DNA of 64,000 nt, taken from a virus. The notes under the pieces were generated by a model that was not told the DNA's origin, ran no database searches, and saw only the letters and a program-made list of their open reading frames with translations. Location: positions 32,001 to 96,000 of the IMG/VR virus record IMGVR_UViG_3300032242_000488. One strand, given 5' to 3'. The position numbers and the translations under genes were made by a program. This document shows positions 54,072 to 61,417 of the stretch, piece after piece; position 1 is the first letter of the stretch, and each line of letters begins with the position of its first letter.

Positions 54072-54355
54072 AACAATACAAGATAACAAGTCAAGATTTA
54101 ATTCAGGATAGTCCTGATGATTGTTATCTTGCACCTGAAGATCCAATCCATGAACTAAAGATATTATCTGGCATGGGCGGACTAGGCGCCGAAGCTAGAC
54201 TACATGAGTATCGTGCTAATCAAGGCAGTAATATAAGTGTTACTGGAGATAGCAAAGGCGAACTAATGAAGAAGCATAACATACAACCTGGAACTAAAGA
54301 ATGGTTTAAGTTATGGTTCAGTCGTCCGTACCTTACAGGAGAACCTCCCGTATGA
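54068..54355 (+). CDS. Hypothetical protein (95 aa)
   Basis: ATGA-coupled; C-terminal IQPGTKEWFKLWFSRP. Confidence 0.7.
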   Translation: MKQYKITSQDLIQDSPDDCYLAPEDPIHELKILSGMGGLGAEARLHEYRANQGSNISVTGDSKGELMKKHNIQPGTKEWFKLWFSRPYLTGEPPV

Positions 54356-54486
54356 AGCTACGTGAATTATTTGAACATAAAAAAGGTGTTCGTGCCGTTA
54401 AATATAATAAGAAACCAAAAGCGTTTATTGAACCTAAAAAACCAATCAAACCTAAAAAGGTAGGAACAAAACATGAAAATGAGTGA
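54352..54486 (+). CDS. 44-aa Lys-rich peptide with capsid-targeting-like N-terminus, not in the ORF track
   Basis: MKLRELFE|HKKGVRAVKYNKKPKAFIEPKKPIKPKKVGTKHENE; ATGA overlap with the upstream stop. Confidence 0.7.
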   Translation: MKLRELFEHKKGVRAVKYNKKPKAFIEPKKPIKPKKVGTKHENE

Positions 54487-54790
54487 ACTATTAGAAGCAA
54501 AAACTAAAAAAGCTGAGGCACCTAAGCCACGTAATTTTGTGGCTAAAAATGCTATCAACACAGGCGCTGGCGCACACAAAGACAAAAAGAAAGCCGCTAA
54601 ACAGGGCGATACTAAGCACAAGAATAAAGATCTTGAAATGGCAGAATCTGCTAGTGCAGGTGCTACTAGTGCGGCTAACGTAGGTGTAGGTCCTGTATAC
54701 AAGAACAAAAAACCTAAGATGCAAAAACCCGGAACTAACGCTTTAGACGGCGATAACTTAATGACCGGTGGCAGTATTGTAAAACGATAA
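54473..54790 (+). CDS. Basic putative internal head protein
   Basis: MKMSELLE|...PRNFVAKNA...GAGAHKDKKK...MAE|SASAGATS. Confidence 0.75.
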   Translation: MKMSELLEAKTKKAEAPKPRNFVAKNAINTGAGAHKDKKKAAKQGDTKHKNKDLEMAESASAGATSAANVGVGPVYKNKKPKMQKPGTNALDGDNLMTGGSIVKR

Positions 54791-54815
54791 ATACATAAAG
54801 ACAACGGAGTTACCC

Positions 54816-55766
54816 ATGCAACCACAAGTACAAATGCAACAACCAGACGATGAGGGCGGAATGGCCCGTGCAGACCTATATAGAGCTGCCAAGCACTCTA
54901 TGAAACTGTTTCAAATGATTCAGGATAATCAGCCACTAGAAGGTTGGGTACAAGCAAAGATCACCAAGGCTGCTGACTATCTAGACAGCATCTATCACTA
55001 CATGGAATATCAAGTAAAGTTTGGTCAAGGCGCAGTTGCTGCCAGCGTTGACGACATTACTGGAGACATGGAAACTGCCGCTCGTGCCGCAGAAGAAGAT
55101 GAAGAAAAAACTGATATGGAAGAATCTATGAACTACGAACAAAAACTTCAAGCACTATTAGAAAGTGCTGTTAAAAAAGCCAAAAAAGATTACGACGGTG
55201 ACGGCAAAATCGAAACTGGCAAGGATGAATATTTAGGTAGCCGAATCGCTGCCGCTAAGAAAGCTGGCAAGATGAAAGAAGGAACTTGTTCTGTCTGCCA
55301 TAAAGATCCGTGCAAGTGTAAAGATGTTAAAGAAGGTTTCCCAACTGTTGACGATGCAAAGAAAAATGCACAGGGTACAGCTGGAATGAAGGCAGGTGAA
55401 AAGAAAAAGTCTAGCACTGGTGGCACTATCGAAAAGACCAAGACTGGTATTAAACATACTGCTGGTAAGAATTATAGTGGCAAAGGCGTTGCAGAAGCTG
55501 ATGAAAAATGCAATCATAGTGCTAAAGGTAAAAAGTGTCCAGTACACGGCCTAAAAGAATGTGGTACTATGATGGCCTATGAAGCTGCCAAGCCAAGTGC
55601 AGGAATGAGCAAAGGTGCTAAGTCGGCATTAGTCAAGAAAGCTAAGAAGGGCGGAGATATTGGTAAGCCAGGTAAGAGTTTTGACAAAGTAGCCAAGGCT
55701 GCTGGTGGTGGCGAAAAAGGCAAAAAGATTGCCGCTGCCGCTATGTGGAAGAACGCGGCCAAGTAA
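54816..55766 (+). CDS. Modular putative internal head protein (316 aa)
   Basis: Late box at 54786. LEGWVQAKITKAADYL domain, DYDGDG motif, two Cys clusters and a Lys-rich tail, separated by x-x-E sites. Confidence 0.7.
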   Translation: MQPQVQMQQPDDEGGMARADLYRAAKHSMKLFQMIQDNQPLEGWVQAKITKAADYLDSIYHYMEYQVKFGQGAVAASVDDITGDMETAARAAEEDEEKTDMEESMNYEQKLQALLESAVKKAKKDYDGDGKIETGKDEYLGSRIAAAKKAGKMKEGTCSVCHKDPCKCKDVKEGFPTVDDAKKNAQGTAGMKAGEKKKSSTGGTIEKTKTGIKHTAGKNYSGKGVAEADEKCNHSAKGKKCPVHGLKECGTMMAYEAAKPSAGMSKGAKSALVKKAKKGGDIGKPGKSFDKVAKAAGGGEKGKKIAAAAMWKNAAK

Positions 55767-55778
55767 GGAATAGACAAA

Positions 55779-56741
55779 ATGGATATGAAGAAAATATTAC
55801 AAGCCTTTGACGGGGCCGCTGAGAAGAAGCCTGTGCAAGGTGCTAATGATATGAAGAAGTTCCTATCCATTGTGAAGGAAAGTGCTAATCCATATACACC
55901 TGCAAAAGAATCTGTTATTACAAGTTTTGAAGAAGGGTCAGTAGGCGGTGATGCTAATGCATTTTTGTTAGCCGCTGATACTATTCAAGATGAAGTAATG
56001 GCACAGGTTAACAAGATCAAGATCAATGCAGACGAAGCTAGCTTACGTGATATGATGGACAAGTTCAATGCTTTCATGACTGCTTATCATAATGTTGGTA
56101 AAGGCATTCTACAACCAGACATGTTTAATGATGAGATGGGCGAAAGCGTAGAAGAAGGCCGTCACGGATATGATGACAGTGGTATGAGTCTTGCACCGGG
56201 CAACGATGAAGGCCCTGATAGTTGGGACTACAGTGCGGCACATGATAGGATTGGCGCAGGCGATCCTAGACCAAAAAGAAGTGCATATCAAGCACCGCAG
56301 GATAAACCACAAATGGTTGGCATGTTCTTTTATAATGTACAACCAGGACAAGAAAATGAAGCAGCCGCATTAGGTATTAAACAAACTAAAAGCGGCAAAT
56401 GGGCAAAAACAAAATATAGCACAAGCGGACGCACATTTGGCATGCAAAAAGATCAAGCTGACAAGGCATTTGGTGTTGGCAAATGGTGGGCTCCTAAAAC
56501 AGAAAGCGTACAGTCAGTAGCAGAAATGGATAAGAGTCAAACTCCTCCAGGACGTGATGGTAGCAATAGTGATTCAGATGCTGGTAAGAAAGAATACTAC
56601 GGCAAATCTGTTAAGGCTAACGACGTTGTTAAAAGTGCTACTAAGAGTCTTGACAAAGAAATGAAGAAGGCGCATGCCAAAGAAGGCCTAAGTTTTAAAG
56701 ATTATGTTAACTTAGCAGAAGCTAAAAAGGGACTTGAATAA
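55779..56741 (+). CDS. Modular putative internal head protein (320 aa)
   Basis: AAGGA SD; repeated DMKK[IF]L motif; low-complexity modules delimited by VKE/FEE/VEE/VAE. Confidence 0.65.
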   Translation: MDMKKILQAFDGAAEKKPVQGANDMKKFLSIVKESANPYTPAKESVITSFEEGSVGGDANAFLLAADTIQDEVMAQVNKIKINADEASLRDMMDKFNAFMTAYHNVGKGILQPDMFNDEMGESVEEGRHGYDDSGMSLAPGNDEGPDSWDYSAAHDRIGAGDPRPKRSAYQAPQDKPQMVGMFFYNVQPGQENEAAALGIKQTKSGKWAKTKYSTSGRTFGMQKDQADKAFGVGKWWAPKTESVQSVAEMDKSQTPPGRDGSNSDSDAGKKEYYGKSVKANDVVKSATKSLDKEMKKAHAKEGLSFKDYVNLAEAKKGLE

Positions 56742-57130
56742 TGAGATTATTAGCCTTAGTAGTAGCAGTATCTTTAACCGGCTGTGCTAGCATTAAGGAA
56801 ATGATTCCTAGTTTTCAGGATCCTAATCAGTCAGCTAAGATTATAGATGTACGTCAAAGTGTAGCACAGTTGGATTGTAAACAACCACATGCTCCACAAG
56901 TTAAACAAATAAAAGATAACTTAGAATGGTTTGAGCTATATAGTACTAGCAAAGGCGAAAGACAAAACGATGTATTACGTTTGATCAAACCAATGCAAGA
57001 AACAGTAGATGATTTTTACAAGCGCAGTACAAGTGAAAAGCAGGGTAGCGATACCTATTGCGAGATTAAGAAAAAGTTAATGACTACACAGGCCGAACGT
57101 GCGGCGAGTGCAGTACTAGGGAGATTCTAA
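56741..57130 (+). CDS. Lipoprotein
   Basis: Signal peptide with LTGC lipobox; two further Cys. Confidence 0.8.
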   Translation: MRLLALVVAVSLTGCASIKEMIPSFQDPNQSAKIIDVRQSVAQLDCKQPHAPQVKQIKDNLEWFELYSTSKGERQNDVLRLIKPMQETVDDFYKRSTSEKQGSDTYCEIKKKLMTTQAERAASAVLGRF

Positions 57131-57363
57131 TGAACGAACTGATTCAATGTATTAACTCAGGAAAAGGTTGGGCCGCTGAACGTGCTAATATGGCATATCA
57201 AATAGGTCAAGCATTACAAGCAGGACAAGTAGGTCCTGATGAAGCAAAGGAACTGTTAGAAGATTTAGTTAGAACAGACAAGCTAGATGCAGAAGCAGAC
57301 GATATGGCTCTTAAGGCCTTGTTAGTTACTGGCATCTATGCAGTTATACAGATATGTGGGTAA
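57130..57363 (+). CDS. Hypothetical protein (77 aa)
   Basis: TAATG coupling; GGGAG SD. Confidence 0.65.
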   Translation: MNELIQCINSGKGWAAERANMAYQIGQALQAGQVGPDEAKELLEDLVRTDKLDAEADDMALKALLVTGIYAVIQICG

Positions 57364-57364
57364 T

Positions 57365-57799
57365 ATGGAACAACTAATAAACGCATTAAAAATAGCATTT
57401 GCCAGTGAATACGCATTTGCACTAAAGGCACAAAACTTTCATTGGAATACAGAAGGTCCAGATTTCTACGAGTTTCATTTGTTATTTGAAAGAATCTATG
57501 ACGAAGTCTACGGAAGTGTTGATGACTTTGCAGAAAACATTCGTAAGAGTGGCGCTTATGCTCCAGCAAGTCTAGCTAAGTTTAGTATGCTTACTACAGT
57601 TGAAGATGAGAACTCAGTTCCAGAAGCAAGAAGTATGGCAGCAGAACTATTAGCTGACAGTGACAAACTAGCACAGTTAATGGCTATGGTTTACAAAATG
57701 GCTGATGCTTCTGGCGAGTTTGGTCTAGCTAACTTCCTAGCAGATCGTCAAGATGCACATCGTAAGCACAGCTGGTTTTTACGTTCAATGTTAAAATGA
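57365..57799 (+). CDS. dps: Dps / ferritin-like DNA protection protein
   Basis: KAQNFHWNTEGPDFYEFHLLFERIY....D.FAE.IR...H.K..WFLRS. Confidence 0.92.
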   Translation: MEQLINALKIAFASEYAFALKAQNFHWNTEGPDFYEFHLLFERIYDEVYGSVDDFAENIRKSGAYAPASLAKFSMLTTVEDENSVPEARSMAAELLADSDKLAQLMAMVYKMADASGEFGLANFLADRQDAHRKHSWFLRSMLK

Positions 57800-57938
57800 G
57801 AGAAAATGAATATCCAGTCTATCCAGAAGATGATGGCACCGACCGTCCAAGAAATCCTTACAGCCCTGTATAATGGCCTAGCCTTATTCGGCGCTGGACT
57901 AGGTGGTATTCCATTAACTATTGGAGATTTAACAGATC

Positions 57939-58661
57939 ATGAGAGCAAATGAGTTTATAACTGAAGCATGGAGTCAGAAATACAAAAAGAGTATTAACTG
58001 CTCGCACCCTAAAGGTTTCAGTCAACGTGCCCATTGTGCTGGTCGAAAGAAACACAACGAATCAGTTGAGATGGAAATGACATGCCCTGACTGCGGCATG
58101 TGCGAATCACACGGCAATCTTAGTGAAATCAAAAAAGGTGCTAAAGACAGCAATGGCTTTACTAAGTGCTGGTCTGGATATCATGCCGCAGGTACAAAAC
58201 AAGGTAAGAATGGTTCAGTACGTAACTGTGTAAAGAATGAAAGCACAGAACTAGAAGAAGAGTTTGATCTTATAGAATCAATCATAGCTGATCTAGCTCT
58301 ACGCAATGGTGTTAACGAAGATGCTGTTTGGGAAGATTTAGAAACACTTACTGACGATGAACTATATGTGTTTGCTGTTACACAGCCAGTTAACGAAGAT
58401 TGGCAGAAAGTCAACAAACACGATAAGACTTCAGGTATGAGTCAAAAGGCAGTAAATGCCTATCGCAGAGAAAATCCAGGCAGTAAACTAAAAACTGCTG
58501 TAACAACAAAACCTAGCAAACTAAAGCGTGGTAGCAAAAGTGCCAAGCGTCGATCAAGTTATTGTTCTAGATCCGCTGGACAAAAGCGTATGCATCATAT
58601 AGATTGTAGTAAAACTCCAGACAAAGCAATTTGTGCGGCACGCCGTCGCTGGAACTGCTAA
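57939..58661 (+). CDS. Modular putative internal head protein with Cys-rich peptides (C-terminal DUF6321-like)
   Basis: MRANEFITE|AWSQKYKKSINC.HPKGFSQRAHC; CPDCGMC; KCWSGY...RNCVK; GMSQKAVNAYRRENPGSKLKTAVT...RRWNC. Confidence 0.75.
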   Translation: MRANEFITEAWSQKYKKSINCSHPKGFSQRAHCAGRKKHNESVEMEMTCPDCGMCESHGNLSEIKKGAKDSNGFTKCWSGYHAAGTKQGKNGSVRNCVKNESTELEEEFDLIESIIADLALRNGVNEDAVWEDLETLTDDELYVFAVTQPVNEDWQKVNKHDKTSGMSQKAVNAYRRENPGSKLKTAVTTKPSKLKRGSKSAKRRSSYCSRSAGQKRMHHIDCSKTPDKAICAARRRWNC

Positions 58662-59221
58662 TGCGAGCAAAGGAAATATTTGAAAACTTTGCTGACGGTA
58701 AACATCCTGAAGATAAGGGTGATAGCAAACGTTATCATGTACCAACTAAGGCTAGTGTAAGCACACTACGCAAAGTTGCCAAGCAGGGCGGACGTAAAGG
58801 ACAATTAGCACATTGGATGGCTAACATGAAAGCTGGTCGTGCTAAACATGAAAGCACAGAATCCGCAGATCCTAAAAAAGAAAAACTCATACACGACTTT
58901 CTTAAGTTTGCCACTAAGAAGCTACAATTACGTTCTGATTTTACAATAGAGTTTAGTTACGATACTAAGTCTGCACAAGATGAACATCACACAGGTGCAT
59001 ATAACTTTAAAAAGAATCATATGACTGTGTATTCTGCACATCGTAATCTAATAGATATATTACGTACATTATGCCACGAGCTAGTACATGCCAAACAAGA
59101 TCAGTTAGGACAACTACATCATCACGATGCTCCGGGTAGCCCACACGAAGCACAAGCAGATGAGATTGCAGGATATTTGATTAAGTTATACGTGAAGAAA
59201 CATCACGATATAATACAATGA
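58661..59221 (+). CDS. Putative internal head protein with an HExxH zinc-metallopeptidase domain
   Basis: MRAKEIFE|NFADGK... basic module, then DILRTLCHELVHAKQ...E.QA. Confidence 0.75.
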   Translation: MRAKEIFENFADGKHPEDKGDSKRYHVPTKASVSTLRKVAKQGGRKGQLAHWMANMKAGRAKHESTESADPKKEKLIHDFLKFATKKLQLRSDFTIEFSYDTKSAQDEHHTGAYNFKKNHMTVYSAHRNLIDILRTLCHELVHAKQDQLGQLHHHDAPGSPHEAQADEIAGYLIKLYVKKHHDIIQ

Positions 59222-59324
59222 ACACACCTTAGGACCGGTACTTGTTACCGAAAGTGTGCGCCGGCTGCTGGCGCAGGACGGCCCGATTCGCTACCGGGAA
59301 TCCTGGAAGTGAGCACTTTTTTTT
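59222..59324 (+). ncRNA. Unclassified GC-rich structured RNA element
   Basis: Helices CACAC/GTGTG, CGGTA/TACCG, CGCCG/TGGCG, CAGGA/TCCTG and CCCG/CGGG; possible pseudoknot TTCGCT/AGTGAG; ends in T8. Confidence 0.65.
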
Positions 59325-59337
59325 GGGTAAATACTAG

Positions 59338-60036
59338 ATGATTATATTATATACGTTAATACTAACACATATTACTATTGTTTGCGTTACCCTGTTCCTA
59401 CATAGAGGACAAGCACATAAAGGATTTGTTTTTAATCCTGTGCTAGAACACTTTATGCGCTTCTGGTTATGGTTAACAACAGGTATGGTTACTAAGCAGT
59501 GGGTAGCGATACACCGCAAGCATCACAGATTCAGTGATGTTGAGGGTGACCCGCATAGTCCACATGTATATGGTATATGGCGTGTATTCTTTAAGGGCGC
59601 AGGATTATATCATGATGCTAGTAAAGATGCAGTTATGGTTGCTACTTACGGTCAAGGTACTCCTTATGATTGGGTAGAGCGTAACATTTATACACCCCAC
59701 AGTCGCCTGGGCATTCTCCTAATGTTAGTTATAGACTTGTTGTTATTTGGGCCTTTAGGTTTAATAGTGTGGGGTGTACAAATGATATGGATTCCGTTCT
59801 GGGCCGCTGGTGTTATTAACGGAATAGGACATTGGTGGGGATATCGTAATGGCAAAACTAAAGATCATAGTCGTAATATTAGTCCTTGGGGCATTGTTAT
59901 TGGTGGCGAAGAACTGCATAACAACCACCACTTGGACCCAGCGAGTCCCAAGCTCAGCAAAAGGTGGTTTGAGTTTGATATAGGCTGGATGTGGTTTACA
60001 GTATTTAAAACACTTAGACTAGCAAAAGTTAGATAA
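59338..60036 (+). CDS. Delta-9-type acyl-CoA/fatty acid desaturase
   Basis: Three His boxes HRGQAH, HRKHH and HNNHH; GDPHSP; W.EFDIGW; TM segments. Confidence 0.92.
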   Translation: MIILYTLILTHITIVCVTLFLHRGQAHKGFVFNPVLEHFMRFWLWLTTGMVTKQWVAIHRKHHRFSDVEGDPHSPHVYGIWRVFFKGAGLYHDASKDAVMVATYGQGTPYDWVERNIYTPHSRLGILLMLVIDLLLFGPLGLIVWGVQMIWIPFWAAGVINGIGHWWGYRNGKTKDHSRNISPWGIVIGGEELHNNHHLDPASPKLSKRWFEFDIGWMWFTVFKTLRLAKVR

Positions 60037-60044
60037 ATATTATT

Positions 60045-60428
60045 ATGAGAGCAAAAGAATTTATTAAAGAAGCTAAAAAAGGTCATATGCTAAAGATTGA
60101 TCCAACTCACAAAGCTGGATTAAAAAATGCTATGACGTTTCCCGATCAAAACTCAAGTACAGGGTCAGCATATCTTAACTGGAGAATGGGTATTGCTCTA
60201 GCAGGTGCACCTGACTATCCTACAAAAATGGCCGCTGATAACTGGATCGGTGGAGACCCATTAGTTAGCACGTATACTCAGGAAGAATACGATATGGTAG
60301 TAGCTGCCAATGATGTAATCGGCGGTGGGCCACTGGAAAACTGGTCTGGCAAACGTAGCGAAGAACTTCCAGGTACACATAAAACAAGTCCAGTAGCTAA
60401 ACCAAAACGTAACAAGTACGGCGTATGA
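60045..60428 (+). CDS. Putative internal head protein
   Basis: MRAKEFIKE| N-terminus; late box 5 nt upstream; C-terminal SPVAKPKRNKYGV. Confidence 0.7.
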   Translation: MRAKEFIKEAKKGHMLKIDPTHKAGLKNAMTFPDQNSSTGSAYLNWRMGIALAGAPDYPTKMAADNWIGGDPLVSTYTQEEYDMVVAANDVIGGGPLENWSGKRSEELPGTHKTSPVAKPKRNKYGV

Positions 60429-60739
60429 AAATAAACGAGCTGTTAACAGAAGCCCCGATCGACTTTGATCCTAACGAGCCGATGAATCCGCTAGTACATA
60501 GCCACCAAGGTGCTAATCCTGGCAAGCTACAGTATCGTATGTTACGTGCGGCAGGTCAGTTAAAGGATCTTGCCAAGAGAGCAGAACATGCTAGTCCCTT
60601 AGAATGGGAAATGATTGCCAAAAACTTTTCAGAACTAGCAATGAACGTTGAACAGATTAGACATGGTCTAGAAGAACTTGCCGCACAACGTAAAAAAGGT
60701 GGCGTCCGTTCAAGAGGCATAGATCCAACTATTGGATAA
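60425..60739 (+). CDS. Putative internal head protein
   Basis: MKINELLTE| N-terminus; helical body. Confidence 0.7.
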   Translation: MKINELLTEAPIDFDPNEPMNPLVHSHQGANPGKLQYRMLRAAGQLKDLAKRAEHASPLEWEMIAKNFSELAMNVEQIRHGLEELAAQRKKGGVRSRGIDPTIG

Positions 60740-60746
60740 AATATAG

Positions 60747-60775
60747 TTGACACAGTCAACACAAGGCTATATAAT
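60747..60775 (+). promoter_or_regulatory. sigma70 promoter with a palindrome over the -35 box
   Basis: TTGACA (60747-52), 17 bp spacer, TATAAT (60770-75); GTTGAC-ACA-GTCAAC at 60746-60. Confidence 0.85.
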
Positions 60776-60797
60776 AAGGCATTACTAAGGAGAAGTT

Positions 60798-61058
60798 ATG
60801 GGCTCACGTACCTATGGACCAGAAGAAAAGGCCAAACTAGAAAGACTCATCAACGAAGGTTGTCAAATCAAATATGAGATTGAAAGCCTGTCAGAAGGAC
60901 TCAAAGAAACTGTTAAAGCAGTTGCCGAAGAGTTAGAAATCAAACCCGCACTAATTAACAAAGCTATCTCAATTGCCCATAAAGGTAACTGGAATGACGT
61001 ATTCAGCGACTTTGACGATCTTGAAACACTGATCGTAACCGTAGGCAAGGATAAATGA
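60798..61058 (+). CDS. T4 DsbA/GapR-like dsDNA-binding protein
   Basis: KL..LINEG..IK.EIE.L.E.LKE....VAEELEIKP.LINKAI.IAHK pattern and size (86 aa); AAGGAG SD. Confidence 0.65.
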   Translation: MGSRTYGPEEKAKLERLINEGCQIKYEIESLSEGLKETVKAVAEELEIKPALINKAISIAHKGNWNDVFSDFDDLETLIVTVGKDK

Positions 61059-61351
61059 TTGATACAATATTTGGTCCAACTATACAATGGATCAGGGATG
61101 ATTGGCGCAGTCATCCTTTACGTTTTTGCATTGAGTTGCTTGCTTGGGCTATTAGTATTGGTTGCTCAATCACAATGGCAGTCACTGTCCCTAATCCCCC
61201 TCTTCTTATACTATATCCTATCTGGATTAGTGGCTGTGCTATGTATGCATGGGCTAGCTTCACTAGGAAGAGCTTTGGCATGTTGGCTAACTATATCTTG
61301 CTGACCACTATTGATAGTGTAGGCTTGATCAGAATGCTAAATAATTTATAA
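61055..61351 (+). CDS. Small three-TM membrane protein
   Basis: Three hydrophobic segments in 98 aa; ATGA-coupled. Confidence 0.7.
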   Translation: MIDTIFGPTIQWIRDDWRSHPLRFCIELLAWAISIGCSITMAVTVPNPPLLILYPIWISGCAMYAWASFTRKSFGMLANYILLTTIDSVGLIRMLNNL

Positions 61352-61360
61352 GAAAGGTCG

Positions 61361-61413
61361 GCGGGCCATAAACCGCACAATAGGTATTTGTCAGCCCTAA
61401 ATGACATAAGGAG
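61361..61413 (+). promoter_or_regulatory. Tandem hairpins, candidate translational operator of the DNA polymerase gene
   Basis: GCGG-GCCATAAA-CCGC and TGTCA-GCCCTAAA-TGACA, the second abutting the TAAGGAG SD. Confidence 0.65.
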
Positions 61414-61417
61414 AAAT

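Noticed and set aside
59222-59260. Hammerhead ribozyme or tRNA
   Set aside because: CTTAGGA...GAAA resembles the hammerhead core but differs from CUGANGA and lacks a third stem and cleavage triplet. There is no cloverleaf, T-loop or CCA for a tRNA.
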